The notes: generated by a model from the sequence alone, not told the origin. Counted from the stretch's first letter, positions 20,020 through 30,092 are shown. The stretch: DNA of 64,000 nt from Dehalococcoidia bacterium (GCA_965237935.1 CBDEGW010000004.1:477340-541339), one strand, 5' to 3'. Numbers and translations are program-made.

Positions 20020-20772
20020 CTATGGACTCTGGGTGGTCGGTGGGGCTCCAGCGCTGCCTACGTCAGCGCCCACATCTCCATCTTCTTGCGATGGCTCTTC
20101 TCCTGGCGGAGGCATAGGCGCGCCATCGCTGTCGTCGGCTAAAGGCTCCTGCGATATGCGCTTTCTCACCGACACGAGGAACGCAACGACCGCCAGGATG
20201 AGTCGCAACGCAAACTCTACCGCTATGAGAAACAGCAGGTAGTAGAAGATGCTCTCTCGGTGGTCATTGGCCTCCTTCAGCGCCTCCAGGGACTCGGCAA
20301 TCTTAAAGAAAGACGCATCAATTAGGAAGATCGCCAGAACCGCGAAGGGTAGTATCTTGGCCATGTCCCGGGACAGTTCTTCGTTGTAGTATGCGGCCAA
20401 GCGGATGGCGCTGACGGTGGCAAAGGCTATCAGCAAAATGTCCGAAAACGACCTGTCTTTCGAAAGGAGGGTCAGGATTAGCGTGAGGGCTGCGAACCAG
20501 AAGTAGGCGAACACCGGAAACAAAATAATGTACTTCGCGCCGTATAAGACGAGGTGGAAGAAGTCTCGCACCCACGGATAGCGCGACTCTTCATTCTTGG
20601 ACAGGTCCAACTCAAACATGTCCCGGGAGGCAATGAATCGGTAGAACTTGAAAACAAAGAAGCCATATATAGCCATGCCGAGGATATAGAACGCTGCAGG
20701 CCACAGCAATTTAAGGGCGTCATCAATATCTAACCCGTTAGGGAAGATGGCTTCAATATCCATCAATTCCAT
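20020..20772 (-). CDS. hypothetical integral membrane protein
   Basis: RBS GGATAGGAG; about 5 TM helices; acidic/Pro C-terminal tail. Confidence 0.7.
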   Translation of the reverse strand: MELMDIEAIFPNGLDIDDALKLLWPAAFYILGMAIYGFFVFKFYRFIASRDMFELDLSKNEESRYPWVRDFFHLVLYGAKYIILFPVFAYFWFAALTLILTLLSKDRSFSDILLIAFATVSAIRLAAYYNEELSRDMAKILPFAVLAIFLIDASFFKIAESLEALKEANDHRESIFYYLLFLIAVEFALRLILAVVAFLVSVRKRISQEPLADDSDGAPMPPPGEEPSQEDGDVGADVGSAGAPPTTQSP

Positions 20773-21181
20773 CTCCTATCCCGCGACCCGTGCAATGAGA
20801 CGCGGCCTGCGGATAGTTAGGGGTAAGGGTCGGGACAAAGGCGGGACTCCCAATACGTACGTAAGCTGGCGATGGAGGGGCGTCGCTGCCCACACAGGCG
20901 TGGGCAACGGACGGTGAGTTCGCCGCATCTACCATTCCATCAGATCGGCTTCGATGGTTTGACGCCCGTAATTCTATGAAAAGCTCACCATCTCGTCAAC
21001 CAACAGCGCCCGGTCACCCGGGCCTTTAAATTGGGGATTGAGTTTGTCTCATAGACCGGTGGGGGAGCTGACTAACACAGGTGTGGGAGCGATGGGCCTC
21101 AAGGGAGGTCGGCCCGTCCAGTTCCACCGGCCGCTTGTCGGCCCCCAGAAAGGTCGTCTGCCTCTCTTAGTTCCATGGGGC

Positions 21182-21763
21182 CTAGGCCCAGCCCCAAGGG
21201 GCTTGGCCCCTGCGCCATAGCTTGAGCAAGTTATGAGTCATCCCTGCCAGCGACCACTCACTCTGTGCAGCGCCCAACCCCCGTCTCATAAACCGTCGGA
21301 ACCCCTGACCTTCCTTGACCTGTCCGAACACCGGCTCCACCAGTACACCCCGCTTCTTGTACAGAGCTCGGCCTCGCTTTGTCAGCAGCTTGCGCTCCAT
21401 CCTGTCCCTCGGGCTCAGTCCTTTTGGTATACGTCCTCTGGGACACCCTTTCTCCCGTAGCATCTTCCGCTGTTTCCAATCCTTGGTGGTGGCAATAAGA
21501 AGCTCAGGCATATCTGGCCAGGAGCAAGCCCTGATGTTGGCCTCACTCCAGTACCCGGCATCGGCCAGGCCCGGACCGAAAGCTGGATGCCAATGTGGCT
21601 CGGGATGCTCGTGACAGTCCCCACCGGCAACCCGGAGTTCGCCGCCGTGCTCAAGGTGGTTCGCGCCCGGGGCCTGTGGCTCCGGTACCGCAGCTACCGC
21701 AGGAAGGGACGCATTGTGAGGGCTCTGCCATCGACGAAACCCGTGTAAAGTCTGCCAGTTCAC
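21182..21763 (-). pseudogene. IS1182-family transposase C-terminal fragment
   Basis: ADAGYWSEAN, LYKKRGVLVEPVFGQVK...FRRF..RGL...EWSL...HNLLKLWR; N-terminal half absent. Confidence 0.85.
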
Positions 21764-21857
21764 TATAGAGCCTCTTCAGACCGGCATGGTACTATCGCTG
21801 TGGCGAAAGCGCATCAGCTTTGACAAGAAACGGATCATTTGATCGACAGGATCTAAC

Positions 21858-24800
21858 GTGAAGAAGGTACTCTGTCTGGTAATGGCGATAGCTCTGGCAT
21901 CCGCAGTGCTCGTTGCCTGCGGCAAAGACCCCACACCGACAGAGCCTGCTCCGACAGCCGAACCTACTTCCATGCCTACTGTCATCCCTACACCAATGCC
22001 CACGGCAACGCCGACTCCGACGCCTACTGCCATCCCCACGCCAATGTCCACCGCAACGCCGACACCAATGCCTACACCCACACCCACGCCAGCCCCCACG
22101 GCAACGGCCCCAATGGACCCCATGTCCAAAATGGACGGTGATATCGACCTTCCCGCGGACTGTTTGCCCGGCGGCATGCTGGACGACGCCGCAACGGTCT
22201 CTTCGTGCAACGCGCAGGCCATGCAGCAGGTCAAGAGCTTCTCCTTCGACGGGGAGTTCAATCTGCTGGCTATCTTCCCCGTGGAAGGCCCCAACGCTGG
22301 GGAGGGCTCCATACGGATAAGCGGCGCTATTGTCCTGCCGGACAGGTTCAGATTCAAGATATCCCTGAACCCCGACGGGGAGATGATCGAGATGAACGGC
22401 GTGGTCATCGGAGAGGACAGCTACATCCGTGACCCTGAGTCAGCCCAGTGGTTCAAGGGAAGTCCCCCTGAAGATGACTTCCTGGGCGTCGTGCAGCTGG
22501 TCGGATTGCTTCACCTGCCGAACGACGCTAGCGCAGCTCTGAACGAATCCATAGACCTTGACGATGGAACCAGAGGCTACGTGCTTGTCTCCGATCAGAC
22601 CGGTATGGGGAGCGGGATGGAGGGATTTGAGTTCCCAGGGGGCAACCTCATCAGGGTTGTGGGCGCCGATGACTTCCTGACCAGGGAGATCAGGGTCGCT
22701 GTTGAAGGCGTGGAAGATGAGATGCGCGATCTCATCACCATCAGCTACCACGGCTACAATGAGCCGCATGAGATTGAACCGCCTGCGGAGTATGTAATCC
22801 TTCCGGGCGAGTCGATGGAGTCGGGCGCTATGGGAGCGCCGACAGTTGTGGGATTGGTCAGGAATGAAGAGGGTGATGTCGAGGTGACGTTCAGTGAGCC
22901 TGTCCATGTTCAGGGCGAGGTCGAGCTGTATGTCCTAGACCCCGAGACCGGAGGCTGGGGTCTCCCTCTTCTTGACGGGAGCGGTACGGACACTCTCACC
23001 TTCGACGCGGACGCAGAGGACAGGCCTGCACTGATCGTTGGCGAGAGTCAGCTCGCCGGGTTCGCCTTCCCAGCGCCAGACTCGCAGATAACAGATTCCG
23101 ATGGCACTTGGGTGATCCTGAACTTCGATCTATGGACGTACGACACCGGGACCACACCTGCCGCTCAGACCATGGTCGTAGACCAGCTCAAGAAGAATGC
23201 AGAGGAGTTCGAGTACGCCATTGGAAGACCGGGCGGCATCCGGACCTTGGCGACCGTTTCCGAGCCGCTCACACTCAACCTTGCCATCGCGAACGACGCC
23301 TCGTCATCGGGCGTCCTGGGATATCTCTTCGAGGGGCTGACCGAGACCTCGTGGCTGACCGACCGGGTGGAACCGGCGCTGGCGGAGTCCTGGGAGCGTT
23401 CGGATGACGGGCTGACGTGGACATTCCATCTTCGCAAGGACGTGAGGTGGCACGACGGTGAGCCCTTCACCGCCCACGACGTGGACTTCACCTTCAACAG
23501 AATCATCTACAACGACGACATCCCCGCCAGCAGCCGCTCGTCATTCAACTTCCGGTTCCTGGACGAGGAGAGCGGCGAATGGAGAGAGGAGAAGATGACC
23601 GTCACGGCGCCGGACGACCATACGGTCCAATGCGTTCTCCCCGTGTCGTTCGCCCCCTTCCTCCGCTCCATGGGCACCGCGATATATCCCAAGCACATCC
23701 TTGAGAAGCACGTGGACAATGGCACCTTCGCATCGACGTGGGACATCGACACGTACCCATCCGAGATCGTCGGCACCGGCCCATTCACCATAGAACGTTA
23801 CGTTCCAGGCGAGCGTGTGGTCATGAGGCGCAATCCGGACTACTGGCTCAAGGACGATGCGGGCAACAGCCTGCCGTACCTGGAGGAAGTGATTCACGTC
23901 ATCGTCCCGGACTTCGAGGCGGAGCTTGCCAAGTTCCTGGCGGGTGAGGCGGATTCCCACGGCGTGCTGGGCGAGGAGCTTGCAGAGCTGGAACCGCTCC
24001 AGGAGGAAGGAAACTTCACGATATACAGGCGAGGCCCCGCTTTCGGGACTACGTTCCTGGGATTCAACATGAACCCCGGCAAGAATCCGGGGACCGACGA
24101 ACTATATATCGCGCCCGAGAAGCTGGAGTGGTTCCGGAACACGCAATTCCGCCAGGCCGTCGCGCACAGCATCGACAAGGATGCGATCATCAACGACGTG
24201 CAGCACGGCCTAGGCTACCCGCAGTGGTCGTCCATAAGCCCGGCCGCGGGCGACTTCCACAACCCGAACGTCCGGAAGTACGAATATGACTTGGACAAAG
24301 CCAACGAAATCCTGGACGGCCTCGGCTGGACGGATACCGACGGGGATGGGATACGGGAGGACGGCGAGGGCAACGAGATAGCGTTCTCGCTCGTGACCAA
24401 CACGGGCAACACTGTGCGTGAAAAGGTCGGTACGATAGTCAGTCAGGGTATGGAGGAGATCGGAATCAAGGTGAATTATAGGCTGATCGAGTTCGGCGAC
24501 CTCGTCGCCCAGCTAACCGATTCCTATGACTGGGAGACCATGGTCATCGGCTTCACCGGCGGATCGGACCCCTACAGCGGCATCGGCTTCTGGCACAGCG
24601 GGGAGGACCTGCATCTCTGGTACCCTAACCAGCCGGAGCCGGCGACGGAATGGGAAGCTGAGATCGACGAGATGTACATCATGGGCAGCCAGGAGTTGGA
24701 CCGTGACAAGCGCGTTGGGTACTACCACCGCGCACAGGAAATCGCCGCCGAGAACGTACCGGTGATCTACACGACGCTCTCGGAACGGCTGAGCGCAGTC

Positions 24801-25280
24801 CGAAACGTCTTCGGCAACGTCACGCCCACCCTGTATGCGCTATGGGACATACGTTATCTGTACCGGACGGACCAGGAGGATGAGCCCGATCAGTCGGAGC
24901 TGATTAAGGACGACCCGGTCGCGTATACCAAGGCCTTCGTCCAAAGGGCCATCCAACGCTACGAGCGGGACGGCAGGCAGGCGACGATAGACTACTACAA
25001 CTCTACCGAGAGCGTGGACGGAGAATGGTACGTGTTCATCATCGACCAGGATGGCTTCACGATCTCTCACCACAACCCTCAGTTCAGAGGTCGGGACCCC
25101 AGCCTCCGCGTGGATGCTACCGGCTATTTCTACGGTGACGAGCTGCTGGGGGCTACGGAGGAAGGCCGCTGGGTCGACTATGTTATACTGAACCCTGAGA
25201 CAGGAGAGAACGAGCAGAAACATACGTGGGCGGTGCGCCACGAGGGGCTGCTGTTCGGCTCCGGTTGGTACGAGCAGTAA
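21858..25280 (+). CDS. multidomain lipoprotein: Pro/Thr linker, LppX/LolA-like domain, unknown domain, ABC family-5 substrate-binding domain, Cache-like C-terminal domain
   Basis: Lipobox LVAC; LFEGLT...EPALAESW...TWTFHLRKDVRWHDGEPFTAHDV, GTGPF, FRQAVAHSIDK (SBP_bac_5); C-terminal WYVFIID...GRWVDY...HTWAVRHEGLLFGSGWY (Cache-like). Confidence 0.85.
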   Translation: MKKVLCLVMAIALASAVLVACGKDPTPTEPAPTAEPTSMPTVIPTPMPTATPTPTPTAIPTPMSTATPTPMPTPTPTPAPTATAPMDPMSKMDGDIDLPADCLPGGMLDDAATVSSCNAQAMQQVKSFSFDGEFNLLAIFPVEGPNAGEGSIRISGAIVLPDRFRFKISLNPDGEMIEMNGVVIGEDSYIRDPESAQWFKGSPPEDDFLGVVQLVGLLHLPNDASAALNESIDLDDGTRGYVLVSDQTGMGSGMEGFEFPGGNLIRVVGADDFLTREIRVAVEGVEDEMRDLITISYHGYNEPHEIEPPAEYVILPGESMESGAMGAPTVVGLVRNEEGDVEVTFSEPVHVQGEVELYVLDPETGGWGLPLLDGSGTDTLTFDADAEDRPALIVGESQLAGFAFPAPDSQITDSDGTWVILNFDLWTYDTGTTPAAQTMVVDQLKKNAEEFEYAIGRPGGIRTLATVSEPLTLNLAIANDASSSGVLGYLFEGLTETSWLTDRVEPALAESWERSDDGLTWTFHLRKDVRWHDGEPFTAHDVDFTFNRIIYNDDIPASSRSSFNFRFLDEESGEWREEKMTVTAPDDHTVQCVLPVSFAPFLRSMGTAIYPKHILEKHVDNGTFASTWDIDTYPSEIVGTGPFTIERYVPGERVVMRRNPDYWLKDDAGNSLPYLEEVIHVIVPDFEAELAKFLAGEADSHGVLGEELAELEPLQEEGNFTIYRRGPAFGTTFLGFNMNPGKNPGTDELYIAPEKLEWFRNTQFRQAVAHSIDKDAIINDVQHGLGYPQWSSISPAAGDFHNPNVRKYEYDLDKANEILDGLGWTDTDGDGIREDGEGNEIAFSLVTNTGNTVREKVGTIVSQGMEEIGIKVNYRLIEFGDLVAQLTDSYDWETMVIGFTGGSDPYSGIGFWHSGEDLHLWYPNQPEPATEWEAEIDEMYIMGSQELDRDKRVGYYHRAQEIAAENVPVIYTTLSERLSAVRNVFGNVTPTLYALWDIRYLYRTDQEDEPDQSELIKDDPVAYTKAFVQRAIQRYERDGRQATIDYYNSTESVDGEWYVFIIDQDGFTISHHNPQFRGRDPSLRVDATGYFYGDELLGATEEGRWVDYVILNPETGENEQKHTWAVRHEGLLFGSGWYEQ

Positions 25281-25504
25281 GGGTTTATCCGGCCAACTGT
25301 GCGAGGATGTTCCCGCACCTTTTCCAATGGGCTGAAGCCTTCAGGGTCGAGGCAGTTCCCTATGACTTCAACGATGCCTTGTTGAGGTTCACTATACCAC
25401 CACCCACTCAGAAGTTTGCAGTACAGTCCCACTTAGCCCGCTCGCGGGGGATTGAACCACCCTAGGCTCTGTGAGCAATCGTCGTGGTCAACTGCCTTCA
25501 AGCC

Positions 25505-25542
25505 CAACCGCCCATGTATACCTAAGTTTTTTGTGTCGATTG
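25505..25542. repeat. 38-bp inverted repeat, left arm, upstream of LSR copy 2
   Basis: 32/38 identical to the reverse complement of 26642-26679; inner 18 bp are perfect. Confidence 0.85.
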
Positions 25543-25555
25543 GATAACTGATATC

Positions 25556-26695
25556 CTCGCCCAGGAGGTCCTGCGGGGGATGCGGGAGTCCGCCTCTCGC
25601 GGCTTCTGGATCGGCAGCAGGAAGCCCTACGGATACAACAGGGTCATGGTGCAGGATGGGGCGAAGAAGAGGCCCACATTGGAACTCGACCCGGACACGT
25701 CTCCCGTGGTCGAGCGCATCTTCGACATGGCACAGGCCGGAAAGGGGATGCTGCCCATCGCTGAGACCCTCAACGACGAGGGTGTCGCCAGCCCCGCAGG
25801 CAAGCTCTGGTCCAAGAACACCGTCCACTTCATCCTCAAGAACGAGGTCTACACGGGCACGCTGATCTGGGGCGCCAAGTCTAAGGACAAGGCAGAGCCG
25901 GTGCGGGTGGAGAAGGCGTTTCCTGCCATCGTCTCCAAGACCCGCTTCCGCCGGGTCAACAGCCTGATGCGCTCCCGCGCACCCAAGATCGCCCACCCTC
26001 GGAGAGTCGCAAGCTCCTACCTGCTCAGCGGACTCGTCAAGTGCAAGGCCTGCAACAGGGCGCTGAGCGGACAGGACGCCAAGAGCGGGCAGTTCTCCTA
26101 CTACGTCTGCCAGTCGATCATGAAGCGCGGCAAGGATGCCTGCAAGACTCCCAGGCTCAACGCCCGCCGCTTCGAGGAGATGGTCGTGGGCAAGATTCGC
26201 TCTAACGTCCTCACCGATGGCAACATCCGCGCCCTGGTGAAGGTAGTCGACGAGCAGATGGACGGCGTGGCCCAAGAGCAGCGGACGAAGCTAGAGACCA
26301 TCGAGGATGAGCTTGAGGACGTGAAGCGGAAGCTGGGCCGCATCTGGCACTTCATAGAGACAGCCGACAACGTCGAGATGACCGACGCCTCAGACCGCAT
26401 CAGGGAGCACAGGGACCGCCAGGAGCCCCTGGAGGACTTGGCGGCCGAGGCCAGGGCCATCCTCTCGCAGCGCAGGGCCGACCTGGACGACGTGGAGACC
26501 ATCGCGGCCTACGCCCAGGACATGAGCGAGTTTCTGAAGGAGAGCGAGCTGACCGAGCGCAGGGCCTTCATCGAAACCTTCGTCAAGGAGATCGTCGTGA
26601 TGTCCGGCGACGCCCTACTGCGCTACACCATCCCCATTTCTCAATCGACACAAAAAACTGAGCTACTCTTGGGCGGTCGACCTGAAGAGTTCTAG
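25556..26695 (+). pseudogene. large serine recombinase, 5'-truncated (copy 2)
   Basis: Starts at (N)LAQEVLRGMRE; KPYGY, CKAC...YYVC Zn ribbon; entire catalytic domain missing. Confidence 0.88.
26642..26679. repeat. 38-bp inverted repeat, right arm (also at 15038-15075)
   Basis: CAATCGACACAAAAAACTGAGCTACTCTTGGGCGGTCG; 26621-26680 matches 15017-15076 at 58/60. Confidence 0.85.
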
Positions 26696-26797
26696 GTAGA
26701 TAATGAAGCTGAAGCTTCCAGCCAGTTGGTTTGGGATGTGGAGGGGAGACTGCATGGCGAAGAAGGTGAAGGAGGCCTTCTGGTAGTCTCACATAGA

Positions 26798-26949
26798 CCC
26801 CAGCCACATCTCGAAGATGGTACTGCCTACCGTCCACTCAGGCCCGCCCGGAGAGGCTCGAACTCCTTGTAAGTGTCGCTGTGCAAGGCTCACAGAGCCC
26901 CCAACCACATCTCGAAGACGGTACCTCCTACTATCCACTTAGGCCCGCC
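26798..26949 (-). repeat. two 51-bp direct repeats (26798-26848 and 26899-26949), probable recombinase 3'-end relics
   Basis: 44/51 identical; minus strand reads GGPEWTVGSTIFEMWLGSM* and GGPKWIVGGTVFEMWLGAL*. Confidence 0.7.
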
Positions 26950-27217
26950 GAACTATACAAAATCAAGAACTTTCGCGCCCAGGTTTAGGTTGGCGCTTTA
27001 GCGACATGTCAGTAAACGGGGCGAAGTCGAGAACCTTGTAGAGGTTCGTTTTGGATGTAATTGACCAATGGCCTTGCCCCGCGACGCGCGAGCTCGCCCT
27101 GCGTGGATGGACTGGTCCCAATCCCACAAAAACTGGCATTTCTGGTGGATCAGTTTTCGGAGTGAGGACTAGGTCTACCTAAATGAACCCAAGCCTTTCA
27201 CCCGCATAACGTATGGA

Positions 27218-27538
27218 TTACGTCTTACTGGAAAAATCTTCTTTAGCGCCCATATGTGTGGCTACCATATAGGTGCGTGTTGCTCCCCCCGAGTCCATCA
27301 CGATTACCGTACGGCCCATTGAGGTGAGTTCATCAATATCGGCCTTTACAGCGTCGAGGGTCTCTGTGGGTATCCCTTTGTAATCATAAGTAGGGTGTTC
27401 GCGGACCAAAATGTCGAGGTCCTTGTGATGGCAGTCCAACCACTCCTGGAATATCAGACTATCCCTAGGTTCTGAAGATGTGTCACATCCACCGCAAAAG
27501 GTATAGAGGGAGAATTCACTTTCTCCTTCGGGCCCGTT
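27218..27538 (-). pseudogene. 5'-truncated hypothetical protein with a phosphatase-like loop (VIVMDSGGATRT)
   Basis: The ORF starts inside the IS3 right end; HPTYDY...VIVMDSGGATRT resembles the PTP/DSP CX5R region. Confidence 0.4.
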
Positions 27539-27555
27539 TAAGGTGGACCCCATTA

Positions 27556-28491
27556 TTAAGACAGCACGAGGGCTAAATTAAGAGAGTCTCCCACCCCTGC
27601 GCTAGGTTTCACCAAGCCCGATGGCAGCCCTGCTTCTTCAGCTGCTGCTCCCCTTTCTTCCTGGCCATGTTGGTACACCTCTGCTGGGGTCCGGTAGCCC
27701 AAAGCCTGGTGAGGCCTCTGCCGGTTGTAGAACTCCAGGTAGGCATTGATCCCAGTTCGGGCCTCGGCGACGGTCTGGTAAGCTTTCAGATACACCTCCT
27801 CGTACTTGATGCTCCGCCACAGCCGCTCCACGAAGATGTTGTCCAGGTACCTACCCTTACCATCCATGCTGACCTGGACCCTCTGCTCCTGCAACGTCTG
27901 GGTAAAGGCCTCACTGGTGAACTGACTCCCTTGGTCGGTGTTGAATATCTCCGGTCGTCCCTTACCCAGGGCTTCCTCCAACGCCGCCACGCAGAAGCTG
28001 GTGTCCATGGTGTTGGAGAGCTTCCAGGCCAGCACGTGCCGGCTGTGCCAGTCCATGATGGCCACCAGGTACAGGAAGCCCTTCGCCATGGGGATGTAGG
28101 TGATGTCCGCGGCCCAGACCTGGTCGACCCGATTAACCTCCACTCCCTTCAGCAGATAGGGAAAGATCCGGTGTCCCGGCGCTGGTTTGCTGGTGTTGGG
28201 ACGCCGGTAGATCGCTTCCAGACCCATCAACCGCATCAGCCTTCGAACCCTTTTTCGGCTCACCAGATAGCCCTGTTGCAGCAGCCAGGCCTTCATCTTC
28301 CTGGAGCCGTAGAAGGGGGTCTTCAAATACTGACGGTCCATCAGGGCCATCAACTCCAGGTCTTCTGCCCTGGTCGGTACCGGCCGGTAGTACACCGAGG
28401 CCCGGCTGACGTCCAGCAGGATACATTGACGCACCAAAGACAGCTGCTGGTGGTCTCGGTCTATCATGGCTCGCCGTATGCTGCGACTCAT
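27556..28491 (-). CDS. IS3 transposase OrfB
   Basis: Protein identical to 6198-7133. Confidence 0.95.
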   Translation of the reverse strand: MSRSIRRAMIDRDHQQLSLVRQCILLDVSRASVYYRPVPTRAEDLELMALMDRQYLKTPFYGSRKMKAWLLQQGYLVSRKRVRRLMRLMGLEAIYRRPNTSKPAPGHRIFPYLLKGVEVNRVDQVWAADITYIPMAKGFLYLVAIMDWHSRHVLAWKLSNTMDTSFCVAALEEALGKGRPEIFNTDQGSQFTSEAFTQTLQEQRVQVSMDGKGRYLDNIFVERLWRSIKYEEVYLKAYQTVAEARTGINAYLEFYNRQRPHQALGYRTPAEVYQHGQEERGAAAEEAGLPSGLVKPSAGVGDSLNLALVLS

Positions 28492-28772
28492 AGACCGGAC
28501 CTTTCCGACAAAAAATCGCGTTCCACCTTCAGCTGGCCGATGTGCCGGTAGAGGTGGTTAATCTGAGCTTCCTTGGCTTTCTCCTGGGATTTCTGATTGG
28601 TGGCAAATAGCTCCGGGGCTCCTTCCACCAGGGCCCTTTTCCAGGCGTGAATCTGACTGGGATGGACCTCAAATCGGCTGGCCAGCTGGGCGATGGTCTC
28701 TTCCCCCGCAAGGGCGGCCAGGGCCACCTTGGCCTTGAACGCCGGACTGTGCTTATTCCTCGTCTGCTTCAT
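28488..28772 (-). CDS. IS3 transposase OrfA
   Basis: Protein identical to 5917-6201. Confidence 0.93.
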   Translation of the reverse strand: MKQTRNKHSPAFKAKVALAALAGEETIAQLASRFEVHPSQIHAWKRALVEGAPELFATNQKSQEKAKEAQINHLYRHIGQLKVERDFLSERSGL

Positions 28773-28861
28773 GTCCTGCTCCTCCACGTCGGTTAGTTGC
28801 CGGTTATTTTAGGAGCTGGACTCTCTCTTAGCCAGTTGTCTAGTTTTTGGGTACCACCTCA

Positions 28862-29310
28862 AGAAGGCCCAAGATGGGGATCTAACAACAGCCGAAATGC
28901 ATCTTATGGTTGTAGGCTTTGACCAAGCGGAGCTCTATCAGATAGAACTGGAGCGCGACTTATCCATTACACTGCTAGAGGAACGGCTCGCTAAGTACAA
29001 GTTCAAGAACTGGAGAAAAACAGAAACCACGGGCAAGAGAGTTAGCCAGGCCAAACGCCGCAGTCGGGCAAAAGAGATAGCAAGCGAACTCAATAACACG
29101 TCGAGATGGAAGTCACACGGGTATGGCATTTCAATTGAAGAATTGAGAAGAGTTCTGAATCTGCGTATAGATGATTATGACTCTAACCCAGCGAAGCCAG
29201 GGCTAGGAAACCAGATCAAGAGCTACTATAATCTGCTCGACGATTACATGATGAGGCGAACACACCGAGGAGTGGTACATATGGCCGGAGCTTACCTTCC
29301 GTTTACCTAA
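28862..29310 (+). pseudogene. C-terminal half of a ClpP/SDH-family serine protease, truncated by IS3
   Basis: Frame open from the IS edge (KAQDGDLTTAEMHLMV...); LNNTSRWKSHGYGISIEEL resembles the SHxxxI motif of Clp-fold SDH proteases. Confidence 0.6.
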
Positions 29311-29322
29311 AGGAGGACAGCC

Positions 29323-29547
29323 ATGCCGGAATCCGTGAATGTCGAAGAGATAATAAAGAATAACCGCTCCGTTGACCCTGCTGTGCTAGCTGAAATTATG
29401 AAGCTGTACAAAGAACTGCTAGAGAGTGGACTTCCGATGAGAGGCTATCGGCTTATTCCGCCATATGGCGGAAGGCGAATAATCGTTGGTGATGCCGACG
29501 AGAATGACGACCCTCGAACGAAACATCTCAGCACACGATTAGCCTAA
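29323..29547 (+). CDS. hypothetical protein (74 aa)
   Basis: RBS AAGGAGG, 12 bp after the protease fragment. Confidence 0.6.
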   Translation: MPESVNVEEIIKNNRSVDPAVLAEIMKLYKELLESGLPMRGYRLIPPYGGRRIIVGDADENDDPRTKHLSTRLA

Positions 29548-29567
29548 ACGAGAGAATAGGTAAAAGG

Positions 29568-29596
29568 GTAAAAGGGGCCAATTTGGCCCCTTTACT
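29568..29596. terminator. intrinsic terminator (possibly bidirectional)
   Basis: GTAAAAGGGGCCAA-T-TTGGCCCCTTTTAC hairpin with T/A tails. Confidence 0.8.
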
Positions 29597-29699
29597 ATTT
29601 GGTCGCTACTTTGCTTGACAGAAAGAATTTAAACAACGTAAGTTGCTGAAACCGATAAATAGTTTGTAGAGAGCTACAACACAGATGGGAGGAGTCTTC

Positions 29700-30092
29700 A
29701 TGGAACGCCACTACATCAACCCGCCTGATATCGCTCCCCCTCCTGGCGACCTATACCATTACGTGGTCAGGGTGGGAAACACTGTGTATATATCCGGCCA
29801 GTTATCCAGGGGGTCGGACGGTCGTGCGGCCCACGTTGGTGATCCGAGTGGCCAGGTACGCCAGGTGTGGGCGAATATCGAAAAAGCAATGACATCTGTT
29901 GGCGGCTCTGTTAGGGATATAGTGAAGACCACCACCTACGTGGTAGGTGCTGAGAACTTGCCAGAGGTACGCCGTGCGCGCCTGGAAATTCTACCGCCTG
30001 AAGAGCGTCCCACCAGTACTATGGTGGTGGTAGCGGGCCTGGCCGACCAGGAGCTGGTGGTGGAGGTGGAAGCTGTCGCCGTCCTGCGGTAG
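29700..30092 (+). CDS. RidA/YjgF/YER057c family protein
   Basis: YHYVVRVGNTVYISGQ, DIVKTTTYV, PTSTMVVVAGL...VEVEAVA. Confidence 0.9.
   Translation: MERHYINPPDIAPPPGDLYHYVVRVGNTVYISGQLSRGSDGRAAHVGDPSGQVRQVWANIEKAMTSVGGSVRDIVKTTTYVVGAENLPEVRRARLEILPPEERPTSTMVVVAGLADQELVVEVEAVAVLR

Larger units (their letters stand above)
27539..28861 (-). mobile_element. IS3-family element (type B), complete, copy 2
   Basis: Reverse complement of 5828-7150 with identical translated ORFs; flanks GTT and AGA, no target duplication. Confidence 0.95.

Noticed and set aside
25436-25458. tRNA T-arm-like sequence (GGTTCAATCCC on the minus strand)
   Set aside because: No acceptor, D or anticodon stems can be built around it; it fits a decayed recombinase tail better.
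26798-26949. Possible CRISPR array
   Set aside because: Only two 51-bp degenerate units with codon-like variation, and no cas genes.
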